A DNA stretch of 63,788 nucleotides, the filler included, from Trichosphaerium sp. ATCC 40318 (Eukaryota; Protista; Tubulinea): NCBI GenBank assembly GCA_038496445.1. It is 4 parts of 4 records of this genome, joined end to end, with 100 filler letters (N's around TTAATTAATTAA, not from the genome) between each part and the next. Parts side by side here need not be neighbours in the genome. Positions count along the whole stretch, not along the records: positions 58,115 to 63,788 come from JALMLS010000301.1; 3 more parts are not named here. One strand, written 5' to 3'. The translations under genes and the position numbers were made by a program. The notes under the pieces are model-generated. The model was not told the origin of the DNA. It searched no databases and saw only the letters and a program-made list of their open reading frames with translations. This document shows, piece after piece, positions 62,700 through 63,788 of the stretch. Numbering within the stretch: the first letter of the stretch is position 1; each line of letters opens with the position of its first letter.

Positions 62700-63788
62700 C
62701 TAAAAAGGCAAGAGTGTAAGCACAAAGGTAGTGCGAGTCAAAACACTGAAAAAAATTTTAAAATTCAAAGATTTCACAAAAAGTTTTTTTGCCTTGTGAT
62801 GGCCGATACGTGGTTAAAAGTTGAATGATAATTATGTCAATTACCTTTGGTAATGCTTCCGACCATTCTTCTCGGTCATACTTTAATTCAACATGAGCCA
62901 TCAGTACCAAACCAAAAAGTTGTAAACTAGCTTCCTTTACTCTGAAAATCCATTCAAAATCATGAGGTCTGAACCCTTCACCATCAAAGTAATCTGTATT
63001 ACTATTTAGGTCGTTTTCATAACTTATACTACATACCAGATGAATCATTGTTCATATCAAGTGCAATTTCTTTAATCTTTGACAAGAGAGATTCATCAAG
63101 AGTTTTATCTATTTTAGACATTAACTGTTTTTTCGTCAGAAACTCAGCTTACTGTAACTTGCTGCCACTCTTGAAATTATTAACACCAATGTAAAATATG
63201 ATGTTTTGAACTACTTGGATCATCTAATAAACCAACCAGCTTTGGTAATTGTGGACCAAGCGCCTCACCAACTGAAGAATAAAATTAAAGGAATTAGCGC
63301 AAAACAAACCTCACCTTCTTTTGCTAAAGATAAGTTGGAGAGTACGAAGATGCTGTCATTTTTCATTTCAGTGTGCCTAAATAACAGCTAAATAAGAAGA
63401 AATCCACTGTCAAGAAAACGATGGTTACCTGAGATGGCCATAGTCACAATCAAAGAAACAAGTTCTGCTCTCTAAGAAAAAACTAAGAAAAAAATCACGT
63501 GCTTAAAATTTTCTATAGTCCTAACCTGTAACAACGTACTCTTAGATCAGGTATATGATCACAATAGTTTCCCACACAATGAAGCAAATGACATCTAGGA
63601 GAGCTGAAACCCTCGTCTTCTTCTTCTTTCTCCTTCTTTACATCAATCTTTAATAATTCTTTAAAAATAATTTCTCTTAATTCATCATCATGCAGCCAAT
63701 AAGCATCTGTCTTATCTCCACCACCTAGACCAAATATTTAGTAAGAACATACAAAAAGTGTGAACATGTGACTAAAGGTCAGAGCTCA
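62700..63788 (-). CDS. Partial multi-exon hypothetical protein
   Basis: Coding-like segments separated by GT-AG introns; no family recognised. Confidence 0.35.

Overview
AT-rich eukaryotic scaffold, probably amoebozoan-like protist: short GT-AG introns, RasGEF-cNMP-GRAM and tandem-SH2 genes, three N-gaps. (1) Bases 1-20159 form a ~9.3-kb-arm inverted duplication. Each arm carries a chromodomain-PhyH dioxygenase gene, an MRH/ATG27-like receptor gene and a DIRS-type tyrosine-recombinase (YR) retrotransposon. Its gag, RT/RNaseH and YR ORFs lie in one frame, separated by single stops; the first stop is in a CARYYA read-through context. (2) Bases ~23.1-36.8 kb are a compositionally distinct island and the best candidate for an undescribed system. 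An intron-containing YR gene faces a ~14-exon, ~1000-aa gene with a ParB/Srx-like domain. Many of their introns carry a conserved ~70-bp module, ACAC-N9-GTGT-N8/9-GACCGCGAGCTCGCGGTC-N8/9-ACAC-N9-GTGT, while most exons are nearly CpG-free. The island also has telomere-like repeats and a paralogous first exon with a covarying intronic hairpin. (3) The rest is mostly host genes: SSF transporter, TM9SF, RasGEF, MORN-repeat, SH2, Patched-like and paired surface proteins. It also holds a MULE transposase, a TA-flanked non-autonomous element and a PRXL2/SelU-like gene with an in-frame TGA at the catalytic Cys (likely selenoprotein). All gene models were spliced by eye and domain calls come from motif recognition, not database searches.
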